This document shows positions 1 to 13,655 of a DNA stretch of 64,000 bases, piece by piece. The position numbers and the translations under genes were made by a program. Location: assembly GCF_018977255.1 (NCBI RefSeq), contig NW_024704743.1, positions 98,024,001 to 98,088,000 on the forward strand, written 5' to 3'. Each line of letters starts with the position of its first letter. Position 1 is the first letter of the stretch. The notes beneath the pieces are model-generated. The model worked only from the letters and a program-made list of their open reading frames with translations. It did not search any database and had not been told where the DNA came from. Origin of the DNA: Callorhinchus milii (Eukaryota).

Positions 1-99
1 GAAATGAAGGAACTCCGAGAACATAATGAAAATATGCTTCGGAATATTCTACCAAGTCATGTTGCACGACATTTCTTGGAAAAGGATCGAGATAATGAT
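1..99 (+). CDS. ADCY8: Adenylate cyclase 8, internal coding exon (5' end outside window)
   Basis: Frame 1 reads [33 protein letters not shown], followed by GTAAGT donor at 100. Confidence 0.93.
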
Positions 100-1685
100 G
101 TAAGTTAATTTAAAATGACAGAAAATATTAGAATATTTACCTTTGGTTTCACTATACAGCAATTTCTTACTTCAATATTTGCTTCCCTAGTAATGGGCAA
201 ATAAAAGAAGCTGCTTCAACACTGACTTTAACATTGTGATATATATGATTGTGGAATTAATACTAATTACAATTCACGTTGTATCTGGTGGTGATGAAAT
301 CCGTCAATTATTCACCTTCTGGTCTACCCTGGCACATTGTTATTAGACAATAGCCATTTGGGCTCCTTCCTCCAACCATGTGCACAATGTCCATCTCAAG
401 ACATACCTCTTTGACTACGCCTTTGGTGTTCTTTCCCACTCACACCCCATTGGCCCCCACTCAAAGTTGTCAGGCGCTTTGAGTTATCCTCCTGACATGT
501 AACGCGCTTTATAAATTTTAACTGCATTGTATTGTATCCTTATACTATTAGTGCTGTCCCTTGTTGAACAACACTTCTTTCATTTACAGTGAACCTCCTG
601 AATTTCCAGTTAAGTGTTAATTATAATGTCAGTACCGGTATTTACTGGCATTATTTGGTGCCGGCTTTTATCAGTGCTGAAAAATGCTGGTAAATGCCAA
701 AACCGTTATTGTAATTGTTTGAATCCCTCGACCAGAAGATAGCAAATAAGCTGTCTGCTGCTTGCGGGATTGAAACTGAGACAAAGTCAATCTCTCTGGC
801 CACTGAAGGCCAGCAAGCATGGTGAGGCGGGGGCTGTGGTGAAATTCCTGATGTCCGGAATTTGTACCTGGCTGGACCGGACCTGAAACTGGGATTGTGA
901 CAAACCAAAGAATAACGATACATTGCATTAATAATGCTGTATTACTAGTTCATTTCAATGTACCAAAGGTCTTTTGATAAGTTATGTTCTTGAATTATAT
1001 CAGTGTCACACAGTTGAGGAATAATGTTACTATATATATCCACATTTGCCTCAAAGGACTAACTGTTCACAGTGACTCAAATTGCATTGAAACGACCGTT
1101 TATTTGTATGTCAGAAACATCCCCGAAAACTATCCATCAAATCGTACAATGAACGCCTGATTGCAAAACAAACGGATTACGGATCATAGATATTGCACAT
1201 TCGTCAGTCTTTTGTGGCAAGATGAAAAGGCTAGTCGCAAAAGCCAAATTGACAGCAAGAAAAATGCATGAAATTTATGTTCTAATTATTAATCCAAAAA
1301 TTATTGCCAAGAAATCCAAAGCAGTTAATTAATGCTGTTAATTAATCAGAATTAAAACTGATTAGCTTTACTACATTTTCAAAGCACCCGTCACATCACC
1401 TGTTACACCAGTTGAAGAATATAACTTTGTCTGATGTTGCTCAAAAAGGTGGTTTCATCGCAAATTCAGCCCCCCCGTCCCAAAGCAGCAGTTTAACATT
1501 TCTGTTGCCCACACCGACCATTGCTCTATTGACAATGTGTAGCAAGAAATTCAGGAAGTAAATTGCTAGTGAAGACCAATTAGTATTTAGATCTATAAAT
1601 TTCATCTTGCAAAATTGTAAGAACGTATCCCTGAGGGATTGGCGCTTGTCTTTCATTGATTGCCATTATTCTTTTCGTCCATCAG

Positions 1686-1832
1686 GAACTTTATTCGCAG
1701 TCCTATGACTCTGTTGCAGTGATGTTTGCATCAATTCCAGGATTTGCAGATTTCTACTCTCAAACCGAGATGAATAACCAAGGAGTGGAATGTTTACGTT
1801 TGCTGAATGAAATAATTGCTGATTTTGATGAG
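1686..1832 (+). CDS. ADCY8: ADCY8 exon, start of C2a catalytic domain
   Basis: CAG acceptor and GTAACT donor; 147 nt; [49 protein letters not shown]. Confidence 0.96.
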
Positions 1833-3639
1833 GTAACTTTAAAATCATCAGTAGTATATAATATAAATGCTTTAACAAGATCTTATCCTATTATTTTATC
1901 TATTCTCCACCCTTCCCCCCCATCCCACCAGGCTCGGGTGAAGCTTGTGAAGCTTTGTTATTTACTGATGGCTTTGTTATGTCACTTGTGTGAAATAAAC
2001 GAGATCTACTGTCCCCCCACTAAGTAACCTTGCTCCCTGGATGCTCCCTCGCACCTGCTCATGCTGATATGTTCACTGAATGAAGACTGCCTGCACAAGA
2101 GGATTTTACTCCTGTGGTTTGATGTGCTTTGGCTGGTTACCTTTTCACCTCATACCATGCTGGCTAGGCATTGATTTAAATGGAGCTTAATCGCTAGAGT
2201 TTAGCACAAGCTTACTCAGCGCCCAGAATCAATATCATAATGGGCCATTTCATACCCTGCAGTACACTGAGGGGATTAAACACGCTGACATCAAAGCTGC
2301 AATGTGGCCCAGCTTGGTTATAACATTAGTCGCATCATGAACCAGAGATGGGGAAATCAGAGGGTAGGTAACATATTCATTACATGCTCTCAGTGGGAGC
2401 TCCTTACACAATGAAATGCTCAAAGGGGGAAATCCCATTTCTGTTGGTTTAACTGTGACTGCCAGGTATGAAAAGTTTCTCACATTTTTAAGAACATTTC
2501 TTGTTTATACAAATATATTTGTAATGACATGAAAACTTGGAAAACAGTCTTCAATTCTGTCTTAATTTGGAAAACAATTTTCCTCAGTGCCCGGGAAGAA
2601 TTGTGAAAAATCAACTAATATCGTCTGATTTAACCAGTCACTTAAGACTGTTTTCCAAAATGTTGTAAGATCTTACATTTTAAGGCAATGAGTGTAAATT
2701 GAAGAACATGAAGAATTTTGATACCTACTTTGCCACCTGAAGAGAAAGTGAAAAATCATAGAATCATAAAAATTACAGCATAGAAGCAGACAGGCCAAGT
2801 GACCTGTTTCACACAGAAGTATATCACTTGGTACATCAAGCCTCTGCCGGTGTTAGCTCATCCATTGGAGCTAACTTATCTCTTACTATAATCCCCTATA
2901 ACAGCGTAGGAGGAAGTCACAAAGAACAAGGTTGTTTGGCCCATCAAGCTTCTTCTAATGCTCAGTCTTCTCTGGAGTTAACTAATCCTAATTCCCTGCT
3001 CTTTCCCATACTATTTTATATTCTACAGATGGTAGTCAAAATGAGATACCAGTGTCTTCAGAGGTACTGACCAAAGGACAGGAGGTGACTGGTAGACTAA
3101 CCCTAATTATTTCCAGGGGTAATAATCCCTTCAAAAAATAATTTAAATAATTTGGTAACTCAATCCACTACTGTTTCTGGGACACTGCTGTGCACAATTG
3201 ACTGCTATGTTTCACCCACAAAATATACAGTCAATTTATTTTACAGTATATTCTGTGAAGCGCATTAGTACATCTGCTTGTGCAGATGGACATGAAAGAT
3301 CCCATTATACCATTCAAAAAATGATGTCCTGAACAACTATTCCCCAGATAGAATAGCTATTCACTGTATGGCTGTTTATGGGAAATTGCTGTGTGCAAAT
3401 TGAATGCAGCATTCCCCAACAAATACACAGTCACTCCATAATAAATCCTGTGTAGCGCTTTGAGACACCCTCCCAACATGAAAGATCCTATACCAAATAA
3501 AGGATTATATATATATCAGCAAATTTAATTATTTCATTAGAATATATTTTCAAAAGCAAAACACTGTGAAAGGTCTACTTGTGTTGTATGCAAAAGTGCC
3601 TCTTTTGTGTTGAAGTGTTTATCTTTTTGTGTCTTATAG

Positions 3640-3732
3640 TTGCTGGGTGAAGAGCGATTTCAGGACATTGAAAAAATTAAAACAATTGGAAGCACTTACA
3701 TGGCTGTCTCAGGACTATCTCCTGAAAAGCAG
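3640..3732 (+). CDS. ADCY8: ADCY8 exon, C2a ([10 protein letters not shown] motif)
   Basis: TAG acceptor and GTAAGA donor; 93 nt; [31 protein letters not shown]. Not in the ORF track. Confidence 0.96.
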
Positions 3733-3870
3733 GTAAGAAGAAGCAATCAAAATGTGTTCTTGACAATTTATAAGTGTTTTTTCACTAAATATTAGATGTG
3801 AATACTGTACAGTGTTTATCAAATGTTTGAAATGTTATCAAAGTTTACTTTTGTGATCTACCATTTCCAG

Positions 3871-3985
3871 CAATGTGAAGATAAATGGGGCCATCTTTGT
3901 GCTCTGGCAGACTTTACTATTGCTTTAAATGAAAGTATACAGGAAATAAACAAACATTCCTTCAATAACTTTGAACTCCGTATTG
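3871..3985 (+). CDS. ADCY8: ADCY8 penultimate coding exon
   Basis: CAG acceptor and GTGAGT donor; [38 protein letters not shown](G), ending in phase 1. Confidence 0.95.
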
Positions 3986-5222
3986 GTGAGTATGACTTGA
4001 ATGTATGTGTATTTCCTGAATATGCATGTTAATCCGTAGTTGTATGTGTCCTGGCAGTTTCTCCATATTCTATTAGTATTTAAAATACATATGTCTTTGT
4101 ATGTGAAAAGCTTTTTAGCATATCAGTATGTATTTTTGTAAAGTTTGGAGCTCACTAGTTGACCTAGTTTTCATGTAGACTATAATTAGTGCAGTATGTA
4201 GATGGTAGCATGCTTTGTGTGTTTGTTCACAGACAGGGGTTTAACTATGTACTAGTTTCACTAGTTTCGGAGAGGAAACATGGACCCAACAAAAGAAACG
4301 TTGGCACAATCATGAAGGGTATGAAAAACGCATAGAGCCACAAACATATTCTGTCTAAACGTAAAGCTGAAAAATCTCACGAGAATGAGGAGCATGAACA
4401 TTTATAGTTCCAACCTTCAGTTGTTTACTTAGTATCTTGCTTAAGTGTAGCAACGATAGAAATAGCTTTCCTTAGATTTCCTAGGTTGAGAGATTACCAC
4501 CCTTCACCATTGAATCAGCTTCAACACTCCCGCTTCACCATAAATGGCCAGTCCACTTATGACGATGTTGCTCATACAGTATTTTAAAGACATTTATGCA
4601 GTGAACTCTTCCTTACACTCTATAATATACAATTTATTAAGCACTCTAGCAATACATAATGGCAGAACATCTGCCTGCATGCACCTTTTCTTTTTAACAT
4701 TAATATTAAGATGTTACTCAAAAGTAATTCATTTTATTGTTTTTTTTAAACAATATATTAGGCACATTAAAAGAGATTTAAAGGACTTTATTGAAAGTTT
4801 CTGTAAATTACATAAATTAAACTGAATTGGGTTTTGGTGCTGCAGGTTATTTTACCTTAATCACTTATATGTTTGGTCTTTATGATCTTCCATGCTGATC
4901 CCTGTGAAATAAGAGTGAAGTTTTGTTTTGTGTTCCAGGTCATTCCTATCTTAGATGCAAATCACTCAAGTCTGTAAAATGGTTCTGTCGTAAACTTTGC
5001 TTTTATAGTTCCTGTATCTTCAGTAGTTTGTGTTTACTGTGCCTGCCAAATGTTGCTGATTTGACAGATTTGTGGATGTTGCTTTCTTTTTATATTCTTT
5101 TACTTCCGAAGAAGCAATGAAAGTCATTGCATTAGCAAGATGTTAAATTGCACCTTTTCTGGCGTAAATGTGTTTGGGCACTTCAGTAATGTGCTCGTAA
5201 TACACTTTCCCTTTGTTTCCAG

Positions 5223-5710
5223 GTGTTAGCCAAGGTTCAGTTGTTGCTGGGGTCATTGGTGCTAAGAAGCCTCAGTATGATATCTGGGGTAAAACTGTAA
5301 ATTTAGCAAGCCGCATGGATAGCACAGGCATTAGTGGCAAAATTCAAGTGCCTGAAGATACATATCTTATCCTAAAGGACAGAGGATTTGCCTTTGAGTG
5401 CAGAGGCGAAATATATGTCAAAGGGATAAGTGAACAAGAAGGGAAGATTAAAACATATTTTCTTCAGGGAAGAGTTCAGCCAAATCCACTTATCATGCAA
5501 CCAAGGAAGCTAACCGGTCAATATTCATTAGCTGCTGTTGTCCTTGGACTTGTACAGTCTCTAAACAGACAAAAACAAAAGCAAATTCTGAATGAGAACA
5601 ATAACTCTGGAATCATAAAGGGACACTACAACAGAAGGACACTACTTACTTCTACTGTACCTGAAGCAGTCGCACAGGTTGAAGGCTCAGAAAAAAATGA
5701 ATTGCCATAA
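5223..5710 (+). CDS. ADCY8: ADCY8 terminal coding exon (end of C2a plus C2b calmodulin-binding region)
   Basis: Phase matches the previous exon; [27 protein letters not shown] and the AC8-diagnostic [20 protein letters not shown] at 5708-5710. Confidence 0.97.
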
Positions 5711-5759
5711 TAACATTTGATTCGTGTTGAAATTTTGTATTTCTTTTATATATATATAC

Positions 5760-5765
5760 AATAAA
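5760..5765 (+). terminator. Candidate ADCY8 polyadenylation signal
   Basis: AATAAA 50 nt after the stop, with U- and GU-rich sequence downstream. Confidence 0.5.
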
Positions 5766-7417
5766 AGGTTTAATTTTTTTAAAACTGGTCGAGTGTTTGA
5801 AAGTGTGCATCGTTTACGCCATTTATCCCTGAAACTGAGAAATCAATAGAATGAAAGAGCTTTGAATAGCGGATATCCAGTTATTACAGAGGGATAAACG
5901 CACCTCATGTAATACATAACACAAGTACACACTTTACATAAGTTTCACATATGACTAATAGGAAAGGACATTTATGAGTCTACTATAAATAAGAAGACTA
6001 GCGAAACAATTCACTTTAACAGGCAAAAAGAGAAGCAGGAATATCTTGTAATTGTTTCTGAACTGTTACTTCCAGCTCCACTGATGACTCAAAGGTTAAG
6101 TACACTTCATACTATCATCCTGAGCCAGGAAGGTTGCAGGTTTAATTCCATAGCACTGGAAGGTTGCTACAATTGGCTTCAGCAGTCTTAAGTTGTCATA
6201 ATAATCAATCCAACACAAATTTACATTTATATAGCGCCAATCACCTCGGGAGGACGTCATCCTTACTTTTGCTATTGGGGAGGGATTGCTCTGCACTGAG
6301 CCTTGCTGTAATGCTGAGTAATGACAAACCTGCATTGTCTATTTATCTTCAAATAGCTTATTGAAATTCACTGGGCCAATTACACACGGTTTGTAAACCC
6401 TATTCATTTATACAATTAAAACAATTAAGGGCAGCTGTAAATCTCTCTGTACATGTGCATTTACACATGGAACATACAATACAATTTACATCTAAATACA
6501 CTTTACACCGCTGGCTGGGAACCCGAGCTGGGGGTGGGGGTGGGGCAGGGGCTTGGGGAGGCGATGAAACGTGTGGTCAAAAAGATAAGACAGACTTTGT
6601 TAAGACATTATCCCGACATGAAAGGCTCTATCTAAATACTATTAGTTGCTTTTGTTGTTGTTTATAGCACAGTTTTACACATGGCACAGAACAGATCCGC
6701 CGTCTGGACCCATGCATATCGCCCACAAAATATACAGTCAATTCGCTTTACAGTATATTCTGTGAAGCGCTTTAAGACATCTCGAACACTTGATAAGGCA
6801 CAATAAAAAAGGCAAGGATTATTATTATATTATACATGAAGAAAATCCAGTTGAATCTAAAGTATTGAGGAACCTCGAGATCCTTGCAACGGTCACCTCT
6901 CTGAGGAGGGAAGAGACTCTCAGCAAAAAAAACAATCACTTCTTACTGTTTCATCTTTCTGTGGTTTGTCAAACTCTATTGAAAAAGTCAATCTGTAAAG
7001 TTATAGATAGAATAAAATCACCAGCCACGCAAAAACTTTTACAAGTAATATTTAGCAAGCGTTGGGTTCATTCCAATATTAGAGACAAGACTGAAATTAG
7101 TATAAATTGAAGCTTCAAAAACATTTCTAAATAACATTTTAACTTTCCACCCTCCTCTCCACCATCAATCTGCAGTATATAGACATGAAACTCACTGGTT
7201 TGGAGTTTGCTGAGCCTATGGGATTGTTTGGAGAGAATAAAGTAAGGTCCTGTTCCTGGTCCCTCTACATCACCATCTACTGGTAGAATGTGTGTACAGC
7301 AGCCAGGTGAAGAGAGGTTAGGTTTGACACCCTCTGCAGTTGACTGGCATGTCAATACTCACTGTCAAAACTCAACGTAAATAACATTATGTGGATATAA
7401 GAGAGTAAGCAGGGCCC

Positions 7418-7752
7418 ATATAATAATGATAATAATAATAATAATAATCCTTGCATTTGATATAGCGCTCTTCACGACTTCTAGACGTCTCAAAGCGCTT
7501 CACAGAATATGCTGTAAAGTGAATTGACTGTATATTTGTGGGCGAAACGCAGCAGCCAATTGCGCACAGCAGTGTCCCACAAACAGTCGTGGATTGAAAA
7601 TTACCAATTTATTATTGTTTTTGGTTTTGGAGGGATTATTATTAGACGTGTGGAGTAAGGAAACTTGCCCAAGGTTTCGCCCTCTGCCTGGAATTGAACT
7701 CAGGTCTCTCGCTTGCAAAGCGAGTGCTCTAACCACTGAGCTACAGGACTCC
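7418..7752 (-). mobile_element. Near full-length tRNA-derived SINE with L2-like 3' end and (TTA)n tail
   Basis: Minus strand begins GGAGTCCTGTAGCTCAGTGGTTAGAGCACTCGCTTTGCAAGCG (A box, tRNA-Ala-like) and GAGTTCAATTCC (B box); ends GCGCTATATCAAATGCAAGG(ATT)n. Other copies occur in the window. Confidence 0.9.
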
Positions 7753-8569
7753 ACATAACTTTTTGGGTTTCAGTGCTCCCCTTGTCGTATAAAATATAGT
7801 TCTCCTCGTTTACTCCTTTAATGCAAATTTTACTTAAAAATAAACCTCAAATGTCATGAACAGGAATTCACTATATGTGATACTGCACTGACTCAGATAG
7901 TACCTACTGTGAGTAGTGCATCTCCCATCCTCTATCGGGCTGCCTCATCTCCATTGCAATATGCACAACAATAACTGCTACCCTCAGGCTTTTGGGAAGA
8001 AACCTCTATACTATTCACTGCACCCGCTTGCTTTAATCTTACCATTCATTAAACTCAATAATCCCAGATTCTGGATAAGCCTTAACTTTCTCCAACTAAA
8101 CATCGACAAAACTAAACAAATACTTAAAAACGACAGTATTTTGTGCGCAATTGAAGAATAGCAGACTGAAAGATACATTATAATGAAGATTGGTGGTTTA
8201 TATAGCACAAAACAATTTACATTATTTAGCGACTTTCACATCAGGAGGACATCCCAAAGTGCTTTATTATTGATTGATTTACTTATTCCATTGTTCAGTG
8301 TTGAAGAGGTGCAATATTTATTAAAGTTTGCTCCTGTCTTTGCCTTTTTATTTGTAGTGATAGCCTTTTGTTGGTTGTGCATGTGACGCACTTCTAAGAT
8401 ATTGGCCTTATTTAGAAAGCAGCTTATTGCTGTGATTGAAGGATGATAGGGTGGGTTTTCTGGAAGGATGAGATCAGAAGAGGCTTCTTCATCCAAACCG
8501 TCCCTGTGATCATGTTAATTGAAGGATCGGCACTGGTGGGTGAACATAGTCAAATGCATACAAAATACC

Positions 8570-8770
8570 CACAACAAGGGCACACATTTAAGATAATCTC
8601 AAAAGGAATTAATGGAAAAGTTAGAAAACATAGTATTAGACAAACTAAAACTTGTCTGTGGAGACTCGCGGTCTAAAGTTCTTTGCCACAAACAGTTATT
8701 GAGGGAAAATCCATATATTCTTTTAAAAAAGAATCAGATGCATGCATGAGACATACTTGAAAAAGAGGAT
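8570..8770 (+). mobile_element. CR1 LINE 3' fragment, degraded
   Basis: GGGCACACATTTAAGATA...CTGTGGA...TTGCCACAAACAGTTATTGAGG...TTTAAAAAAGAATCAGATG matches the typical CR1 ORF2 C-terminal pattern. Confidence 0.55.
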
Positions 8771-9649
8771 TGTAAGCTCAGGTATGTAAATATAATAACA
8801 ATCCTTGTATTCAATACACACTAGTGCATTTAATGTTGGGAACATGTCTTAAAAGCACTGCACAGGATGTATTGTAAAATGTAGTGACTGTATTTTATAG
8901 GTGAGTCAATTTCAGCACAGCAATGTCCCACAAACAGCCAGGAAGTGAACGTGTAAGTGTTCATTGATATCAGAGTCACAGACGTCAGTCAAAAAAGGGG
9001 CTTAGTTGCAATGCAAGGCAGTTACTTTTCTACAACCATTGTCACGCACTGTGAACAATTCATATGTTAACCTATTTCTCTCAAAATATGCAGAGTACAT
9101 ATAAAATATACTAGAAAACAAAATGTTCTTACAAAATGCTGCTTCATTTCTAAAATAATAAGGCAGTGTATGACAACTTAAATATAGGCTTCAGCCTTTA
9201 GTTGTAATGAATAGATTAGCATTTGCTAGTGCCATCAATCTTTTGCTAAAGTGCACACTCTGCATGGACTATGAAATTATGCACAAGAAGAAATTACTGT
9301 TATTATTTTGCACTTAAAGAGAGTCTCCCTATCGATATCCTTTTTAAAATGTAGAAATTAACATGAATTTGTAGACTTTGACATACAGGGTTTTTTTGTG
9401 TTTATGTAATCGGACCTTGCATCATAAAAATGTGGCAAACGTAATCTCGGCTTGTTTACGAATGGTATAATTACATCAAAATACATCATCACATCACCCC
9501 CACTTCGGAGTCAGGCTCCCCCACTGTTAAGCTCTCTGAGATAAGACCCTGCATGGACTTGCAAGCTGTTGTTGTAAGCGACGAAAAACAACCAAATCCT
9601 CTTTTCTTTCCAAAATACTTTTTGTTTAATGAATTGGGGGATTATTATG

Positions 9650-10010
9650 TGTCAGCCTGGTAGTACTCTTGCATCTGAGTCAGAAGGTTGTGATTTCAAG
9701 CTCATATCGGGATTTGGAACTTATATAAGTCTACGCCGACACTTGAATGCAGTGCTGGGGGGATGCTCCATTACTGGAGGTGTATCCTTCGGATGAGACA
9801 TTAAACTGAGGTTCCGTCTGCCCCTTCAGGTGCACATTATAGATCCCATGGCATTATTCAAAAAGAGAAGTGAGTTTTCCCTGGTCCCGGCCAATAATCC
9901 CCCAAATAAAATTGGACATTCACATTATGTCTCAAAGCGCTTCACAGAATATGCTGTAAAGTGAATTGACTGTATAACTGTGAGCGAAACAATGTCCCAC
10001 AAACCGCTGT
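9650..10010 (+). mobile_element. Deu-domain SINE (SacSINE1/AmnSINE1-like)
   Basis: Deu core GGATGAGACATTAAACTGAGG...CTGCCCCTTCAGGTG...AGATCCCATGGCATTATTC after a tRNA-like head. Confidence 0.8.
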
Positions 10011-10049
10011 GACATTGTTATATCATTGTTATAAATTGTTCCTTATCAT

Positions 10050-11950
10050 TCATTTAATCAAAGTGCAAAAATTACTTCACAATGCTTAGCTCTCTCTGGA
10101 CACATTCATTTACACACGGTTAACATAACCTGGAAATTAGATTCCACAAGACAAAACAATGAGCACTTTGCCAATCAATAGAGTGTCTTTCATCCTTCAG
10201 TGAGAATCGTGGACATTCAACATTCACCACAGGAGTTGATGAGCCTCTACTAGACTAAACAAAACCCAGCACTGACTGTAATTCTTCCATGAAGTCCACA
10301 ACATGTATTATGAAAGATAATTTGAACTGCTTGCGATGTCTGCTTTGTGTGGCACGTACGGTAGTGGTATGCATTCCTTATTTAAGGAACAGCTTGATGC
10401 TGTCATGTAATATGTTAGGGTTAGTACTCTGAAAGGTTGGGATCAAATGAACTGAAGGATCATCTTCACCCAAACTGGTTTTAGGAAAATATTTCTGCTG
10501 GGTCTGGGTCACTTTATATAATTACTCTGTATCAATATGCAAGTAGGTGACACTTTTCCTCATGTTCATGTTGAGCCAAAGCTCTCTGAAAGCTCTTCCT
10601 GATGCTGTAAAGCAGTGGTGGTCAACCTTCACGGTTGGCCAACAAAATATTTTTTCTTGATTGAATATTTCTTGATTTATGCCATACTAACGATCAAATC
10701 CGGACTTACCTAGACTTGTGCAAACATTCGGGAAGAAGTTTCTCATTAGCTCTGCGGGCCACTTCTGGCCCGCGGGCCATAGATTGGGTAGCTATTCTGG
10801 AAGGATGAGAGAAAATTGGTCAAACAGCCTTCTTGATTCATCTGCCTCTGTGATGTTAATCTTGTAACTCTGGACAACCAGTTATATACTGGCATTGATA
10901 GAGCGCTGGCAGCATATTTGCACCCTGTGGTGCAGGGAAAGTGTGGGAAGTGGGATATTTTTTTCTTCATAAAGGAATTATGACTCGAAAGTTCCCCCTA
11001 GAGGAGTAGAATATCCACTTTTACAGACATTAGGGAAAAAATCCTTCAGCAGCCTTTCACTGATATGAAACTTACACTTGCTGCAGGCTGGCCAATATGC
11101 TCTCATACATCAGCAAGCACATTATCAGCCTCTACCACAATTCAATCTGTTCGTTGACGTCAAAGCTTAAATATAGCAGGAAACTCAGTAACACTTCACT
11201 GCAATACTTTTTGTGCGTTCAAGTGTATTTGACCAATCCTCATTCTTTGCATTCTAATAGCTCCTTGAAACATCCTCTGATTTGAAAAAAGGGCAGTATT
11301 TGTTGGAATATAACTTTATCATCATCAATTTCAACTCTTTATCAGTGGAACGGTTCTTTCCAAGAATGCATGACATTTTTCTGAGAAAGTCAAACCTTGA
11401 GCTTATCTTATTCATTACCTTTATTTTGATTATGCCACAGTTCGAGTAAATAATCATATCTTCCCTCAAAGAAAGATGTGGCTGAGCCAAAATCCGAGAG
11501 ACTAGAATTCTAGGGAATCCACAGATCAAGACTCCTGTTCAGCCTCAGGGCACTGATTGCACCAAAGAAAGTGGAACAGCCACATCTGCACCAATAATTT
11601 TCCAGTATGATTTCTTATTCATGTGTACTGAACCACATCTGTCTGTTTCCTTCACAATTTGCTATCAGGTTCGTCCACACAAGACACAAAAACTATTATA
11701 CTCAGTTTAGAAGACCTGTACTTCTTCACATTGTTCATCTTCTGATGCAGTTTAATAAGCTGCTTGAATCCCTACACATCCATGAAATGTCACTTGAGAA
11801 AAATGACCACAGAATTATTCAGGAATTCTCTTTCCAGTCACTTTTTAATTTCTTTGTTGTGGTTTTGTTTGGAAAAACTGATCTGCTTTGCTTGTTTTTT
11901 CTTATTTTCTGGAGGAAGGAGGAAGGTTGCATATGTTTCCCATATTCTAG
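10050..11950 (-). pseudogene. Possible highly degraded protein-kinase-like pseudogene, perhaps two tandem domains
   Basis: Ordered kinase-like motifs across frameshifts and stops: GHFSQV, xIK, EEVQV, IVKE..GS, IGADVA, VLI..ILVS-DFGSA, then YLH and KADI. Recognised by eye only. Confidence 0.4.
10613..10796. mobile_element. Non-autonomous hAT-type DNA transposon (MITE)
   Basis: CAGTGGTGGTCAACC start, GCGGGCC...TGGCCCGCGGGCCATAG subterminal motif, and a degenerate 8-bp target-site duplication (CTGTAAAG at 10605-10612, CTGGAAGG at 10797-10804). Confidence 0.65.
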
Positions 11951-12014
11951 TTTATTTCTCTCCAGGAGTAGGATATCACTCCTGGCCCACAAAGTCAAAT
12001 TATAATATAATAAA

Positions 12015-12320
12015 CCTTTTATTTGATATAGTGCCATATCATGTCATCAAATTATCTCAGAGCACTTTACTATAAAGTGTAGTTACTCTGTATTTTGTAG
12101 GCAGACACAGCAGCCAATTTACACACAGCAATGTTCCATAAAAGTCATGACATAAATGACTACTTTTATCTGGGAGATTGTTGGCCAGAATATCGGGGAA
12201 ACTCATTACTCTTTTCAAAGTGGCATGGGATCTTTAATGTCCACCTGAACAGGCAGACGGGACATTAGTTGAACATCAAAACCAAAGCACGACAGCACTA
12301 CCCAGATCCCCAAGCACTGC
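12015..12320 (-). mobile_element. Deu-domain SINE, partial
   Basis: Reverse complement of the Deu core (CATGGGATCTTTAATGTCCACCTGAACAGGCAGACGGG) and of the L2-like tail. Confidence 0.7.
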
Positions 12321-13546
12321 ACAGGAGGGTCAACCGAGAATTCCTTGTTAGCACTACTTGTCTAGCACAGAAAGAATGAACATTTATGGCTAAATGGGAT
12401 CTTGACCATTGCACCTTAATAGCCAACCCCTTCAGAAGAGAAAAAGAGAAATAAAAGAAGCAAAAAATAGAGTGGCAAGACAAAATGATGGGGTCTATAA
12501 AATGCGAATCAGAGTTTGGACTCATCTTACATGAGTAACTCTGATCTGACAGTTGAATATATCCCAGTAAGGTTTGTTTTTTTATCTAAATCATGCAATT
12601 CAACATTAAAAATTAAAAACATTAATAAAGAGTACACAGATGTTCTTGTGGCTCCATGGTCACCATAGAAAAGTGTAAGTGAACAGTCAAGCACAATAAG
12701 TTTCCAAGTAATTACATCTGCCCTGCTCTTTCAAGTAAAAGGGAAGATGTTCCTGCCTCCGCAAGAATCTAAAAATTGTTAAATGCATGACTGAGAGTGT
12801 TCTGAAAGGTGAAAACGAAAGTGACAGCGTTCACTTCCTGCATCACTCAGTGGCAATTACATCAACATCAAATAGCTCTTAAAGTTAAAATTACCATTCG
12901 GTCAGAGGAACATTTACACCTTAGAAAAGCTGAGTGCCAATGTAATTGAGTTTGGGGAATACTGTGATTTAATGGGATTAATGCTCTTACATGCCAACTA
13001 GTCTAACCTCTAACTGGTTGATTCAATATATCGCCTCACTCTAACAAGTGAAATATACATCAAACACTTGGAATCGAATGGTCAGGGTTGAGAAACTCAA
13101 TTCCTAGACAATCAAATGCGTTTAGAATGTTTCAATAAAACTTAAAACTGACTGAAAACAGTACATGTGTAGAACATTGCTAAATGAATATGTTTTGTTC
13201 TAGGTACATTGAATTCAAATATATTTCTCCATCTGCAGTTCCAGGAAAAGCTGAAACATTGCTTGAGATGACATTTATATCTGACTTCAACAAGGACATT
13301 CAATGACCTTACATTTTTGAAAAAATTGCAATCTACTGCACTTGAAGAAACATTTAAAGTAGTAATTTGATTTTTCTTCCACAGATTGTCATTAACACCG
13401 CTTCTTAGGTCAATTATGTCAGGGGTTAACTATTAATATTGTTAATGATAATATCCGGAAAAGATGAGACCTTAAATCGAGCCTTATCATTGTGAAAAGT
13501 GTGAAAGTGCTTCAAACATTGGGTTGCTTTGCAGTGTAGTGACATG

Positions 13547-13655
13547 GAGTCCTGTAGTGTAGTGATTAGCACACTTGTCTCACAAGCAAGAGGACCCAGT
13601 TTCCATTCTCGGACAGGGCAAAACCTCAAGCAAGTTTCCTTACTCCACATGCCTC
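13547..13655 (+). mobile_element. tRNA-SINE 5' half, split by an L2 insertion
   Basis: GGAGTCCTGTAG...CAAGTTTCCTTACTCCACATGCCTC; the element resumes at 14863. Confidence 0.8.

Noticed and set aside
630..1520. Possible DNA-transposon remnants in the ADCY8 intron (ACCGG-rich and CpG-retaining segments)
   Set aside because: I could not define terminal inverted repeats or target-site duplications by eye.
7678..7752. tRNA-Ala(TGC)-like gene
   Set aside because: It continues directly into a SINE body and tail and recurs in several copies, so it is a SINE head.
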